Shown piece by piece: positions 1 to 12,790 of a stretch of 64,000 nucleotides of DNA. The position numbers and the translations under genes were made by a program. Position 1 is the first letter of the stretch; each line of letters begins with the position of its first letter. The DNA is from Podarcis erhardii (Eukaryota): the NCBI GenBank assembly GCA_964252035.1, contig OZ176202.1. One strand, written 5' to 3'. The notes under the pieces are model-generated. The model was not told the DNA's origin, did not search any database, and saw only the letters and a program-made list of their open reading frames with translations.

Positions 1-7
1 ACAGCCC

Positions 8-55
<48 letters not shown>

Positions 56-305
56 AGCTGCTGGGCCATGTTGCATTTTCCTCGCCTCTCTGCCCTCCTC
101 TGGGCAAGCGGCATTGTTTGGGCGGCAGCGCCAGCGGCAACTCGCCTCAGATCACCTGACACGGACCCGCCGCCGTGGCTACCTTACCGTAAATACCCCA
201 GCCCAGGCAGCAGCAAGAAGAAGCTGGCAGCGGCGGCAGGTTAGGGGTTAGGGGCGCAAATTACTTGCCTTGCCCCGGGTGCTGACAACCCACGCTACGC
301 CGCTG
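1..305. mobile_element. GC-rich non-autonomous DNA transposon (MITE), one end; the other end is outside the window
   Basis: Terminal GCCCCGGGTGCTGACAACCCACGCTACGCCGCTG resembles hAT-type CAG-start TIR ends; CpG-rich against an AT-rich background. Confidence 0.55.
9..62 (+). repeat. (CTG)n trinucleotide microsatellite, about 17 units with one CAG interruption
   Basis: Direct reading. Confidence 0.95.
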
Positions 306-363
306 GGTGGTTAGATTGCCCAGAGTTGTTTAGCTTTCCCCCCATAACTTTTTGTACACACTA

Positions 364-435
364 AGGATCCCGTGATCTACCAGGATCAGCTGGGGATCTA
401 CCGGTAGATCATGATCTACTGGTTGGACATCCCTG
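364..435. mobile_element. hAT-like MITE end fragment with GATCTAC repeats
   Basis: Palindrome GATCTACCGGTAGATC at 395-410 and terminal GGTTGGACATCCCTG. Confidence 0.45.
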
Positions 436-1571
436 ATCTAGACTAAGAGTTTTGTGACCCACACTACATGAGGCTACCTATGAACAATCTTCAGAAACTG
501 CAGTTTGTCCATAAATGAGCAGCAATGGGATTGTATTGCATCTGCCTTGCAACACAGATTACCAGTGTTGCACAATTCAAAGTGTTGCGGCTTCACACTG
601 CAAGGCATTAACAATTTAGGTACAGGACACCTCAGGGACAGCCTCTTCCCATGCCAAGATGCTTGCTGCTTATTCAAAAAACTGTATCCTAAAAATAAAA
701 CCCACATGCATAAAAAAATAAACTTGATCAGCTAAAGCAGGCTATTTAGTTATATTTTCAAGGAGTTTCCCTGCATATTTGTTTCTATCTGCCATTGGCA
801 GCCGGATTTATAGGAAAGTAGTCAGGGCTTACTGCATGTGCAAAACCTTAACATTGTAATGATTAATGGTGTAAGGATTTACACCATCACCCTTAATAGC
901 TTTTTAAGGAGCTTTCATGGTTTATCATATCAAAATGCAACTTTCTTTTAAAAAGCCTGCCTAAATATGGATTTTCACAACAGAGTGTAGAGCATGAAAA
1001 CAAATAATTCCTATATTGTTACAAATATACATGAGAGACAAATTAGCGCAAGGGTAGCCAAAGATCAGGGAAGGGTTGTGTTCCAACAAAATCAGGAGGG
1101 AACTGTTTTGGATACTCCTGATTCAGAGCATCACTTTTAGAAAAAACAAAACAAAACCAGAAACCACAATTCTCAATGTATATTAAACTCTCTATTCATT
1201 GTGCTGTTTTGTGGCAGACTGCACTGACTCAAGAAACCATTTCTAATGCCACCACTATTTTTCCATGGGTTGCACAAATCACTTTTAATTGTTCAGTTCC
1301 CATCGGCTGTAGTCGCCAATGTCAAGGACAATGGGATGGTAGTCCAATGACTTGGAGTCTACAGGTTCTCTAGCCATTAAGCAACACATTCTTCTAAGAT
1401 GGGATTCTGTTTTTTTAAGAAGTGCATGTGTTACATATAGGTGGTTTCTGTTTGTTTCAGATTAGTGCTTATGGGAGATGCAGTCTATTTCAATCCCATC
1501 ACATGCATCATTAAAGTACATGCCTGCACTCTTGGAAACTGACTTTTTCACATTTTATTTCTTGAGGAATA

Positions 1572-2174
1572 CAGTTATTCCTCACCTTACGTGAAGGTTC
1601 AGTTTCAATGGTTATGCATATGCACAAAAATCATGTAGCCAAGCTCTTGGCACTGTCCTGCAGTTAGCAGTTGAGGGGGAGAGAACACCCCCAGCTCTTT
1701 TTGTGCTGGGTCTGCTTGGGTTACCTGACACTAGGTAGGGCCTGTTTGCTGTGTTAGCTCCAGAAAGCTAGGGATGCTTGTGCTAGATCTTGCAGGAACT
1801 CAGGTTGACCTATGACAGGCACCCCCAAACTTGGCCATCCAGATGTTTGGGGACTACAGTTTCCATCATCCCTGACCACTGGTCTTGTTAGCTAGGGATG
1901 ATGGGACCTATGAGGTCTCATAAGAGCATCCAAGAGCCTTCCAGAGCCAGTGTGTTGAGCAGGCCTTGCCCAGAAAGCAAGGCAGAGAGCTTAAAAGCTC
2001 TTTCAATGCCAGGTAAACCCTTTCATACCAAGTAACTCCTAGCGGAACCAGAAAGAGCTTTTAAGCTCTCCACCTTGCTTGGGACTTGACTTGTGCAATT
2101 TCAACCAGCCCACCTTCAACTGCATGTGGTTGAAATCCTGCAAGTCCAGTGCACATAAAAATGAGGGATTGTTG
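1572..2174. mobile_element. Degenerate Tc1/pogo-like MITE with a nested MITE fragment and an internal inverted repeat
   Basis: TA-flanked ends with weak TIR similarity (CAGTTATTCCTCA ... TGAGGGATTGTTG). A common squamate MITE fragment lies at about 1818-1905, and a 20-bp inverted repeat at 1985-2004/2051-2070. Confidence 0.35.
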
Positions 2175-2929
2175 TATGTATGTTCCCATCAGTTTATGTA
2201 ATATTAGCCATGAATACCAAACAATTATATTTATCTTCTGAAACAGTGCTCAATTGCATAAAGACATCAACATGAATGAATGGATTACATCCCCAGTGTG
2301 CCAATAGCTATTAAAAGTTTGTCCTTTGAAGCAAATAATAAAAACAAATTAAATTAACTTTCCCATTCTCTCTGAAAGTCAGCTGAGTGCAGAAAATCTT
2401 GGAAGATTGTTCCAAAGATGATTATCCAAAGGTAAAGCAATACTCCTCAGACCAACATGTTTCATTAGAAGTATGACAGCGTGAAAGCCAATATTATCCA
2501 GTACACAGAGAATTTTATTTGTCCCCTCCGAAGCCCTGGGTTCAAATGTGGCCCCAGAAGTGTCGTGTGGTCATAGCTATCTAAGCAGCAAAGCTCCATA
2601 GCACAGAGGCTCATCTAGTTTTTGTAGATTAGTTGGGAACTTTTTGTTTTGGGAAGTAATTCACAAATTACTTAATTAATGAACTAAACTGAAATACCAG
2701 CAGTGTAGCTCTACTAAATCCAGTGAGTTAAACTTCAGGTTGCAGACCTTGTAGCTTTCAGACAGAAGCTGGTTATCACCTTCCCATAGACTTGTGTCGG
2801 GCTCTTTCTTTCACACTTTCCTTGTACTTGGAGAGTAAGCCCCATTGAACACAGTGAGACTTACAACTGAGTAGACATACATATGATTTCATTGTAAGGT
2901 TATTGCTATTTATAATCACTATATGATCT

Positions 2930-3471
2930 TTGTTGTTGTTGTTGTTGTTTAGTCGTGTCCAACTCTTCTTGACCCCATGGACCAGAGCACGTCAGGCACT
3001 CCTGTCTTCCACTGCCTCCCGCACTTTGGTCAAACTCATGCTGGTAGCTTCGAGAACACTGTCCAAACATCTCGTCCTCTGTCGTCCCCTTCTCCTTGTG
3101 CCCTCAATCTTTCCCAATCAGGGTCTTTTCCAGGGAGTCTTCTCTTCTCATGAGGTGGCCAAAGTATTGGAGCCTCAGCTTCAGGATCTGTCCTTCCAGT
3201 GAGCACTCAGGGCTGATTTCCTTAAGAATGGATAGGTTTGATCTTCTTGCAGTCCATGGGACTCTCAAGAGTCTCCTCCAGCACCATAATTCAAAAGCAT
3301 CAATTCTTCGGCAATCAGCCTTCTTTATGGTCCAGCTCTCACTTCCATACATCACTACTGGGAAAACCATAACTTTAACTATACGGATCTTTGTTGGCAA
3401 GGTGATGTCTCTGCTTTTTAAGATGCTGTCTAGGTTTGTCATTGCTTTTCTCCCAAGAAGCAGGCGTCTTT
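2930..3471 (-). mobile_element. Bov-B (RTE clade) LINE, 5'-truncated 3' fragment
   Basis: ORF 3104-3442(-) TNLDSILKSRDITLPTK...FELWCWRRLLRVPWTARRSN is the Bov-B ORF C-terminus; (CAA)n tail at about 2931-2948. Confidence 0.95.
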
Positions 3472-3957
3472 ATTTAACCCCTATCACAACAGGAGCATCT
3501 CAGGTGCTCTGCTGCTGTCCCAACATAAAATGCAGTCCTTGTGACCCATCAAGCCAAACACAATACATTAACCATATAGTGGGGCCCGTCGGAGCTCTGA
3601 AAAACAATCCATTTTTGCTTCCAACCTGGGATTGCAAAAGGAAAGAGACTGTCAAGCACCCAACTTTGTCAGGCCACAACATGTGGCTTCTCTGGTGTGC
3701 TAGGCTCACTGGACTATAATGAAGGATTGAAAAGCACTTTGCTTACACATTGATAGGAAGGAAGGTACACCTTTAGGAACAGCAGTTGCATTGTTGGCCA
3801 GATTCAGTCAAATGAGTGCAACTATGATGGTGACACTGTTAGCTCTGAAATAGTGGAAGCATATGAGCCCTCTTCAGATATTCTGCATTCAGACGCACCA
3901 AAGAGGCATTCTAAAATACACAGGGAACCTCCTCTAGTACCAAGTGACTCTCCACTT

Positions 3958-4070
3958 GATTTGATTTGATTTGATTTGATTTGATTTGATTTGATTTGAT
4001 TTGATTTGATTTATGCTGCCCATCTGACTGGGTTGCCCCAACCACTCTGGGTGGCTGATAAGTTTGACCT
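3958..4070 (-). mobile_element. L2-type LINE extreme 3' end with an expanded (GATTT)n pentanucleotide tail
   Basis: About 11 GATTT units at 3958-4012, followed by GCCCATCTGACTGGGTTGCCCCAACCACTCTGGG, which is shared with other L2 ends in the window. Confidence 0.75.
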
Positions 4071-4658
4071 CTAACTTGCAGAGGGCAACTGGAACTCTGA
4101 TTGTCTGACCATAATAGGTCGAACAATTGTATTCCACTATAAAGCAATATATAGAAGATGGATTATAATAAAAAGATGGGGAAGAAATATGGAGTAGGCC
4201 TCTTTCCCCTGGTTCATCCATTGAAAAGTTACCGACAAGTGTAGCTATTATACACAAATATTGATTGATTGTGTTGATTTTGTTTCGCCGACAAATTGGT
4301 CCTTATAGTTAAATCTAATATATTTGCTTCTTTGAGTTGAACTGAATAGGACTGAATAGGAGCCACAAGGTCCCAAACCCACACTTTACTGTATGGGCCA
4401 TCATGGCAGCTGACATGGTAGAAGTTCTCAAATAGCTTTAGCTCTAGATTTAGGGAGGAATTCAACATAGCACTATGACAATCATGCCATCAATGTAAGC
4501 TTTTCAGCTTGCCAGGCAGGGCAATTTCCCCTCTCCTCCCCACATACCATTCTGGGGGTTCTCCAATCCCACCCTACCCACCAAAAATATGAGGGCACAG
4601 GCAGCACCTAGGAAAGTATTGAGCAGGCTTCCACCAGCAAGACTTATTAGTTGCATGA

Positions 4659-5042
4659 GGGACATGTGTGGCGCTGTGGTCTTAACCACTGAGTCTCTTG
4701 GGCTTGCCGATCAGAAGGTCAGCAGTTCAAATCCCTGCAATGGGGTGAGCTCTCGTTGCTCTGTCCCAGCTCCTGCCAGCCTAGCACTTCAAAAGTACGC
4801 CAATGCAAGTAGATAAATAGGTACCACTACAGTGGGAAGGTAAATGCCGTTTCCATGAGCTCTGTTTTCTGTCACGGTGTTCCATTGTGCTAGTAGCGGT
4901 TTAGTCCTGCTGGCCACATGACCCAGAAAGTTGTCTGTGGACAAACACTGGCTCCCTCAGCCTGAAAATGAGATGAGCACCACACCCCATAGTTGCCTTT
5001 GACTGGACTTAACTGTCCAGGGGTCCTTTACCTTTACCTTTA
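4659..5042 (+). mobile_element. Sauria SINE, full length
   Basis: tRNA-like head with A/B boxes (GTGGCGCTGTGGTC, GTTCAAATCC), Sauria core, and (ACCTTT)n tail. Confidence 0.9.
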
Positions 5043-5848
5043 TTATAAGCCCTACTCTGAATATACCCATTGAAATCAATTAACCAAAGTTAACAATGTC
5101 CATTAATTTCAGTGGGTTTACTCTAAGTAGGACTAACATTGAATACAATTCTTAGTCCTCTTTAAAACAAATTTATCAAAAGTAATGTGCAATGGTGACC
5201 TGAGATATCACAAGGCAGATATGAATTGCATCAAAAGCAATTATATGAAGCACAGGCATAAAGCTTCAAATTGTTTTTACACTTGAAAATTCCTGAGCTT
5301 ATATTTGTACAGTGTTGACACAATATCATAGCCTGAGGCCAGGCATTTGTTATACACTTTATAATAAAAGTACACACTCTAAAAATAAAATCCATCAATC
5401 TTTCATAATTACCTGTGTGGAGAAATTAAAATATCAATCACATGGAGGGAAATGTGTCAGAACTCTAAGGCTGTTGCATACCCCCAAATGATTTTCATAG
5501 CAGTACAATCCAATACAATTTTGTACATCCTTAGAGAGACTGACAGTTACAGTTGGATAAATGCTTGTATAGCAAGAAAGCCGCAGAACAAAAAAGTAAT
5601 ATCTTGCAAGTACTTTATCTGCAATGATTTATGGCTACATAAATACAAGCCTCGCAGACCAATGAAGAATGAGGGATGGCTCTCATTCTGACCTTAGCCA
5701 CAATAAAAACACAAGCTTTATTTGTGAACTCTTTTACTAACTCATTGTCTCAGCCACTGTGAGGAACCACCAGGTAAAATTCCTGTCCAGTAAAGCTAAG
5801 TGAGATGTGTGTAGACCAGCCAGTAGTTCCCACTACTGTTTTTCAAGT

Positions 5849-6758
5849 GTGTCATGGCCTGATCCAAGACACAACAGCAACCATGTGTGGGTGGGAGATC
5901 TGGCAAGAAAAACCAGGTGCTGGGACCAGGGTGATTTAAATATCCTGCGAGCGGACCTGAGGCAAGCCTACCTGCTCCGTCAGGCCCACCTTCATTTTTT
6001 TTTTTAAAAAATAATATTTTAAACATATAAAACACATACGTTTACATTTACACAATACCCACACACAACACACTACCTTATTTTCATAACATACAACATA
6101 CCTACATTACTCTATATAATACCTACCTATACTATACATATCAACATACTTACACACCTACCCCACACGGACACCCACCAAGGGACTTGACTTCCAGCCG
6201 TTCTTGTTACGCTACTTTATTTTTCCTACTAGCTTAAACACATTTCATTATTTCTTTAATCTCTTCTTCTATCTTGACTTTACTCTCCTTTCACTCTAAT
6301 CATTTTCTGGATTCACTCAATATCTGTCAGAAATTCTACTTTTTCCACATAAATTTTGATGTATTCCTTAAAGATAGCCCACTCCTTATTCACTCTTTGT
6401 TCCATATCTCCTCTTATACTCCCTTTTAGTTCGGCAATATGAAAGTATTCCATCATTTTAGATAGCCAATCTGCTTTAGTTGGGACGCTGCTGCTTTTCC
6501 AATTTTTGGCAATCAGTAACTTTGCCGCCGTAGTCACATACATAAATATTGGTTAAGGTTACAAGGTTACCGTCAGGCCCACCTTCAAGCCAGCTCCTGA
6601 CTCCAAGCCTGCCTGCCATTGGGCAATTGTGCAGGCAGGCTTGGATCCAATTCTTGATCCAACTTGTGCGCACTCCCTGCCTGTTGGGCCATTCCCAGCA
6701 ACCCAGCACCCATGCGGGAGCAGTGGAGCAGACCTCATCAGCCTGCAACACTGCCACA
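5849..6758. mobile_element. Possible LTR-like GC-rich repeat hosting the L1 insertion
   Basis: TGTCATGG...GCCACA ends and GC-rich composition; no TSD found. Confidence 0.25.
5995..6569 (-). mobile_element. L1 LINE 3' fragment with poly(A) and an 18-bp TSD
   Basis: ORF 6313-6543(-) AAKLLIAKNWK...PTKADW...KEWAIFKEY is the L1 ORF2 C-terminus. Poly(T) starts at 5995. TSD CCGTCAGGCCCACCTTCA at 5977-5994 and 6570-6587. Confidence 0.9.
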
Positions 6759-6819
6759 CCTGTCCAGAGTAGACAGACTTGTGGCCTTTACAAAGGAGTC
6801 TTCTAGTGTTGTGAGGGTA

Positions 6820-7178
6820 AAAAGGTAAAGGTAAAGGGCCCCCTGACCATTAGGTCCTGTCGTGGCAGACTCTGGGGTTGTGGCCCTCATCTTGCTTTAT
6901 TGGCCAAGGGAGCCAGCATACAGCTTCCGGGTCATGTGGCCAGCATGACTAAGCCACTTCTGGCGAACCAGAGCAGTGCACGGAAACGCTGTTTACTTTC
7001 CCGCCAGAGCAGTACCTATTTATCTACTTGCACTTTGACGTGCTTTCGAACTGCTAGGTTGGCAGGAGCAGGGACCGAGCAACGGGAGCTCACCCTGTTG
7101 TGGGGATTCGAACCGCCGACCTACTGATCGGCAAGTCCTAGGCTCTGTGGTTTAACCCACAGTGCCACCCGCGTCCCT
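6820..7178 (-). mobile_element. Sauria SINE, full length, with TSD
   Basis: (AAAGGT)n tail on the left and tRNA head on the right; TSD TTGTGAGGGTA at 6809-6819 and 7179-7189. Confidence 0.93.
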
Positions 7179-7473
7179 TTGTGAGGGTAGTCAGTCTGAA
7201 AAGAGCAGACATGAGTGAGGTGCTCCTAGGTAAGAAATCACCCATATTTTAAGCAAATAGGTATATTTTATTCTCTTTCACCCTATTATGCACATTTGAA
7301 CAATGTGTTCTGCGTGCTTTTTCTTTTGTTTCCTAGGTACTGGTCACTGACTGCAACAAGAAATATTTGCTTTCAGACTTTTGAAACTGATTTTGAGGGA
7401 GCAGGAAGAACTGAAAAGGATTTGCTCCTTGTTGTTGTTTTGCACCTACTCAGTGGCATTAGGTGGTCGCCCC

Positions 7474-7618
7474 TAGGTTTTTAATGTTTGCTGTTTTGTA
7501 TTTTATATTTGTTGGAAGCCACCCAGGGTGGCTGGGATAACCCATCAGATGGGCGGTGTATGAAGAAGAAGAAGAAGAAGAAGAAGAAGAAGAAGAAGAA
7601 GAAGAAGAAGAAGAAGAT
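7474..7618 (+). mobile_element. L2 LINE 3' end with a (GAA)n tail
   Basis: TTGTTGGAAGCCACCCAGGGTGGCTGGG...GATGGGCGG followed by about 19 GAA units (7562-7617). Confidence 0.8.
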
Positions 7619-9201
7619 TCAACACACATAGCAGCAAAGAAAGTGTTTTGATTTGAGAAGCGGGCATACGTGTTAAAAATTTTCATCTCATGGACTTATA
7701 CCTGCTCCAAATCCTCCTTAGTCACCTGTCTAAGCTGTTTCTGTTTCTTGGGATGAAGGGAAGCTTGAGTATGGATGGGACTTCTCGTTCTTACTCTGCC
7801 CTGCATCCCTCTAGACCTTCTAGCCTGACTTCTCCAACTCTAACCTGTGCAAGAGGCCCTGGTGGTGTCTGTGCAGGGTGCATTATAAGGCTGCTGGTGA
7901 TACAGTGCTATGGAACCTTCTCCCGTTCACATGCTTCCTGCAGATGGATGGCACAGCTGGGATCCACTGCCAACTCAAAGGGATCCCAGCTCTGGTGCAT
8001 GCTCCTACGTCGTTACTAGTGCCTCCAGCCTCAGAGTGGGGGTGAATCTGCAGCTGTTGCAGATCAAAACAACATGGCCTCATTGTGAGTGGGCAGTGGA
8101 GAACCAGCTATAATTTATATGGCTTGTGTTGGCGTTGCTGCTTAGGGAATCAGATTTGACAGGTGGACTCTGAATAGAGAAACTAGTATTGCAAGAAATT
8201 GGACTGGATTTTGGTACCAGAAAACAGCTTACACAAGCAGGCTACCACTAAGTAAAGAGTTTTGCACCAACATGATTGCTGCATTTCTGTATCTGTGATT
8301 GCTTCTAATAAGATGGTGTGTACTTATCAGATACAGCATACCGATGCTCCCTATTAACCTTTGTTGCCATTGGATGGATGCGATCCAGTTAAACTCTGCA
8401 GCCATCTATTCTGGCAGTACGTGTCTGGTGAGCAAGGACAGCATTAGCAAGACCCATAGAATGCTGCATAGAATAGTGCAAGTTATTTTTGACACCACAG
8501 CTGCAGATACTGTAAAGGTTACTGAGTACTTAGTGTGACATTTTTAAAAGAAGGATAAAAGACTGAACTTTCGCCTTTAATCTGTTGGTTCCATGTCATC
8601 CCCGCTGCAGAATATCAGCAAGTAATAGCTATAACATAGCGCTGGCAGCCATTTTGCTGTGACTTTCCCAAATGCCTTTTTTTGAAAGTCAATTCATATT
8701 CAGTGCATATGTTCACTGAAGATGTTTGAAACTGGCTCATCTAAGACCAGTAGCCCCAATGGACACATTCAAAGTTGCTATGGAAAATTGTAAGGCACCT
8801 AAAGTAGAAATAAGTGTTTTTGTTTTGCGATTAGACTTTCTCTAATTGCTAGTATCTATCTTGATAGAGTAGAATGAGGCAATTCAGCTATCCCGTGAGC
8901 CTAATCCTAATGCACAGTTTGCTTCTGTATGATATTGGCTTTTCAATTATTGCACCACCTCTTATCTATTGAATTAGCTCCAGAATCTGGTGTTACATTA
9001 TCCATCACATTTAATTCAGAGATTTCTAAAATTATTTGTAAAATCTTCTAGTAGTACCATACATAGGAATCCTGTTGGACACCATTTCCTATCATTCCTG
9101 ACCACTGCAACATTGCAACCATTCCAACATTGCGAGAAAATATTTGGTCAGGATTTTGGTGCTAGAATACCCAGATTCTAATCTCAATGCAAATTTTGTT
9201 A

Positions 9202-9443
9202 CAGTGGTACCTTAGGTTACATACGCTTCAGGTTACATACGCTTCAGGTTACAGACTCCGCTAACCCAGAAATAGTACCTCAGGTTAAGAACTTTGCTTC
9301 AGGATGAGAACAGAAATCGTGCTCCTGCAGCACAGTAGCAGCAGGAGGCCCCATTAGCTAAAGTGGTGCTTCAGGTTAAGAACAGTTTCAGGTTAAGAAC
9401 ATACCTCTGGAACGAATTAAGTTATTAACCCGAGGTATCACTG
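9202..9443 (+). mobile_element. Tc1/mariner-pogo (Tigger-like) MITE, family A copy 1
   Basis: TA|CAGTGGTACC...GGTATCACTG|TA; reiterated TTCAGGTTA motif; three further copies in the window. Confidence 0.9.
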
Positions 9444-10657
9444 TATTTAAAATATTTTTTTATACCACACTTCAACAGAAAGTTTCAGAGCAGTTTGCAA
9501 GAAAATAAAACACCATCATCATCATCATTATTATTAAAATGCAGCTGAATAGCAATGATAGCACGACAGTTCAAAGCTGCAGTTAAACCATTTAAAATGG
9601 AATAAAGAGGTATTTTTCTGGTTCCAAGAAAATGAGTTGTGTTGTTCTAAAAGACATCACTATCTACTGGGATGAAATGCTAATGTTTTAATACTTATAG
9701 TGGGAACAACAAGGTATTTTGAAAATCTGACCATCAGGCTTTCGTAAAAGAACAGGATATTGCACATCCAAATAATGTGTTGTTTTAAGAAATGGCAGAG
9801 GGAAAACTATTGCAATGTCCTGGAGAATTTTTTTTTCTAAGTTTGTGCCCGTCAGGAGTTTTGCCAATCAGCCAATCAGATGGGGTTGGGATTAGATGAC
9901 CCTGAGACTCCCTTCCAACTCTGCAGTCCTCATTGTAAAAATGAAGTGGAATATGCTTTTTTGTACACTTTAAAAATGTGAACACTACTGGAGCTTAAAT
10001 ACTTATTCCTAAATAACTCCTATGGGAGTGCAGAGCATTGTTCACCTGTGCTCAAATGTTGGCATGCAGCCTTAATCAGCAGCTTTTAAAAAGAAGTTGT
10101 TGTTGTATTTAATTCCAATGCAGTTCCTAAGCGATAGTTTCCTAAGCAGAAAAGTGTATTTTAGACTGAGCCACAGTATCAATGTATCAATAAGATTTTA
10201 ATAGCTCCAGGACCATAATCTAACCTTGCCATCTTCTGAACCATGTGGAAGGTTTTTCCTTTCCTTTCTTTTTGTCTTACTAAGAGCAAGGCTGCATTCC
10301 TAAACTATTTCCTAGAGGACAGGTCCCATTTAACTTCCCCCAACCAAGTATGCCTTTACTTAAGGTTTTAATAAGGCAACAAATTTTTGAGAAAATGATT
10401 AAAAAAAACAACAAATTTTCCAATTTGAGTAGTTACTCATTAGAGCAATAAGAAATAAATAAACAGGGATAAAACCCATCCAGCAGCACCTGTTCCAGAC
10501 TAGTTCCCTAACTAAGACAATGCTTACCTATTAATGTTTAATTGTTTTTTAATTATTGCTTTTGAAATATGTTTTTAGCTATTTCTGTTTTAGCTATAAG
10601 CTGTCTTGCATCCCTGTCAGGGGAAAAGGCAGGATATACGGTAAATATAATTATATA

Positions 10658-10945
10658 ATCATAGAATCGTAGAGTTGAAGGGACCCTGAGGGTTATCTTG
10701 TCCACCCCCTGCAATGCAGGAATCTCAACTAAAGCATCAATGACAGATGGCCATCCAACCTCTGCTTAAAAATCTCCAGGGAAGGAGAGTCCAACACCTC
10801 CTGAGGGAGTCTGTTCCACTGGCAAGCAGCTCCTACTGCCAGAAAATCCTTCCTGATGTTTAGTTGGTATCTCCTTTCTTGTAACTTGAAGCCATTGGTT
10901 CAGGTCCTAGCTTTCAGGGAATGAGAAAACAAGCTTGCTCCATGA
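10658..10945 (-). mobile_element. CR1 LINE 3' fragment
   Basis: ATCATAGAATCGTAGAGTTGAAGGGACC is the reverse complement of the CR1 3' terminal repeat. The CR1 appears to resume briefly (GTGGCAGCCC) at 11378 after an inserted segment. Confidence 0.85.
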
Positions 10946-10946
10946 T

Positions 10947-11377
10947 TGCAGTCATGGGATTGTTGTCTATCACATGACGATGTATGTTTTGACTCCACAG
11001 AGTGGGAAGTGATGGAAACAGGATGCTTGTGTTACTGTGTTCCGTGAAGTGAGACTATTGTCCTTTGTCCTTTGTCCTTTTTCTCTTTGCTGTCTGGTGC
11101 TAGAGAGAAAGGGAGCCAAGTTGCAGTGCTCAGTGTGTGTTTATATGTAAATAAAGTATATTAGCCAAAATGCTGAGTTGCTGAGGTCTGTTACGCAAGC
11201 TGTGCAAACTCTGTGGATCCCTAAGTGTGCTGATGTCTGTTGGCATCGGTTGCTGTGATGTTCGGGCTGAAGAAAGCTTCTGAAGCTCCCGAACGATCGA
11301 CCAGGAGGGAGAGAACATGCCAGTTGGGCATGTGTCTCTGCCAGGGTCCTACTTGAGTGTAGGACGAGCTCCTGCCA
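10947..11377 (+). mobile_element. Solo-LTR-like segment inserted in the CR1
   Basis: TG...CA ends, TGTAAATAAA poly(A)-type signal near 11146, about 430 bp, and it interrupts the CR1. No TSD resolved. Confidence 0.5.
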
Positions 11378-12568
11378 GTGGCAGCCCTTTCTTATTTAAA
11401 TTAGAATCATTCGTTCAAGCCTAATTTCAGCAGGGGGAGAACTGATGAGAGGGGAGCCTACAGATACCTTGGAGAGCACCTGCAGGTGAATATGTGCACA
11501 CCACACTGGTGACAACTGTTTAAGACAATCAGAAGGAGAGTAGACTCTGTATTCAGTTCCTATTTCCTCATAATTACCAGATCCCTAGGCTGGGTGTTTG
11601 ACCCTCCCTTGCAAAACATCCACTCTTGATCACATCCACTCTTGATGTTTCTTTGCACAGCTTCCCTCTGTGTATCTTTTATATTCCTGTGAACTTTTGA
11701 CTCTCTTGTGTAGATTGCTTAATAATTTCAGAAGAACTAAACGAAACACAATGGATGGAATTCAACGTTCTGCATGTGCAAGCATTTCAGCTTGCCAAAT
11801 GAAATTATTAATCTATCTGCTCCCTCTGCATTCTGTTCTCAGAGTTCTCCTCCCTCCTCATCAGCCAATTCCAGGATGCATGGAGTAAGGAGAATGGGGG
11901 ATCTTCACTGACTGAGCATGTTAGGTGAATCTCTCCCAATGGCTTGTATCCAACTAAGTTCCATTCAGAGTACACCCACTGAAAGCAATGGGCCTGCGTT
12001 AGTTACAGAGTGGTCATGTGTTCTGGTGGACTTCCTCCCACCCTTTCAACACCTGTTTAATCCCCATCTCTTTTCCTGCCTTCTTGTTTTTCCTCCAATG
12101 ACCTCCACTCGCTGCCACCACTGCCAGATATCTTACATTCAGGTTTCAGATACTTTCACTTTTCCAACTGCCCTGGTGAGTATTGACTGGCTTGCTTATT
12201 TGATCCATATGCGTTGAAAATAATTTTCCAAGGAACCTCCAATACAACTAAAGTACTGCTACCTTTTGTCCCAGCAGAGCTCTTGCTCCTTTAAAAAAAC
12301 TAAAAGAAAAAGGCAGAAACTTAGCAGGCAAAACTGCCATCACAACATCTCACAACACCTACTTTTAGAAGACAAATCAAGGACACTGCATTGTTTGAAA
12401 TGGAGGGAACTTTACATTTTTTTTTAACAGCACATAAATATTGTAATTAAATTAAATTTTTTTAAAAAAAATCTTTCTCTCTCTCTCACACACACACAGA
12501 GAGAGAAAGAGCTGCTATAGGTTTGGTTTCAGGCACAGTTGTTGCCTGAGCGATTATGATGACAGTTG

Positions 12569-12762
12569 GGTAAAAAAGTAAAGGGATGGTTAAGTCCAGT
12601 CAAAGGTGACTATGTGGTGTGGTGCTCATCTCGCTTCAGGCCAAGGGAGTTGGCATTTGTCCATGGACAGCTTTCCAGGTCATGTGGCCAGCATGGCTAA
12701 ACTGCTTCTGGTGCAACAGAACACCATGATGAAAGCCAGAGTGCAAGGAAACACTGTTTATA
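12569..12762 (-). mobile_element. 5'-truncated Sauria SINE with a 10-bp TSD
   Basis: Sauria core (GGTCATGTGGCCAGCATG); TSD ATGACAGTTG at 12559-12568 and 12763-12772. Confidence 0.85.
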
Positions 12763-12790
12763 ATGACAGTTGTGTAGACTGTTACATTTA

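Noticed and set aside
238-254. Telomere-like GGGTTAGGGGTTAGGGG as an interstitial telomere or G-quadruplex
   Set aside because: Only about two imperfect units and three G-runs, inside a MITE.
3096-3719. 207-aa + strand ORF, and similar ORFs at 29917 and 31546
   Set aside because: Antisense frames of Bov-B fragments.
7955-7991. 11-bp inverted repeat AGCTGGGATCC/GGATCCCAGCT
   Set aside because: Short and isolated; compatible with chance or an old MITE remnant.
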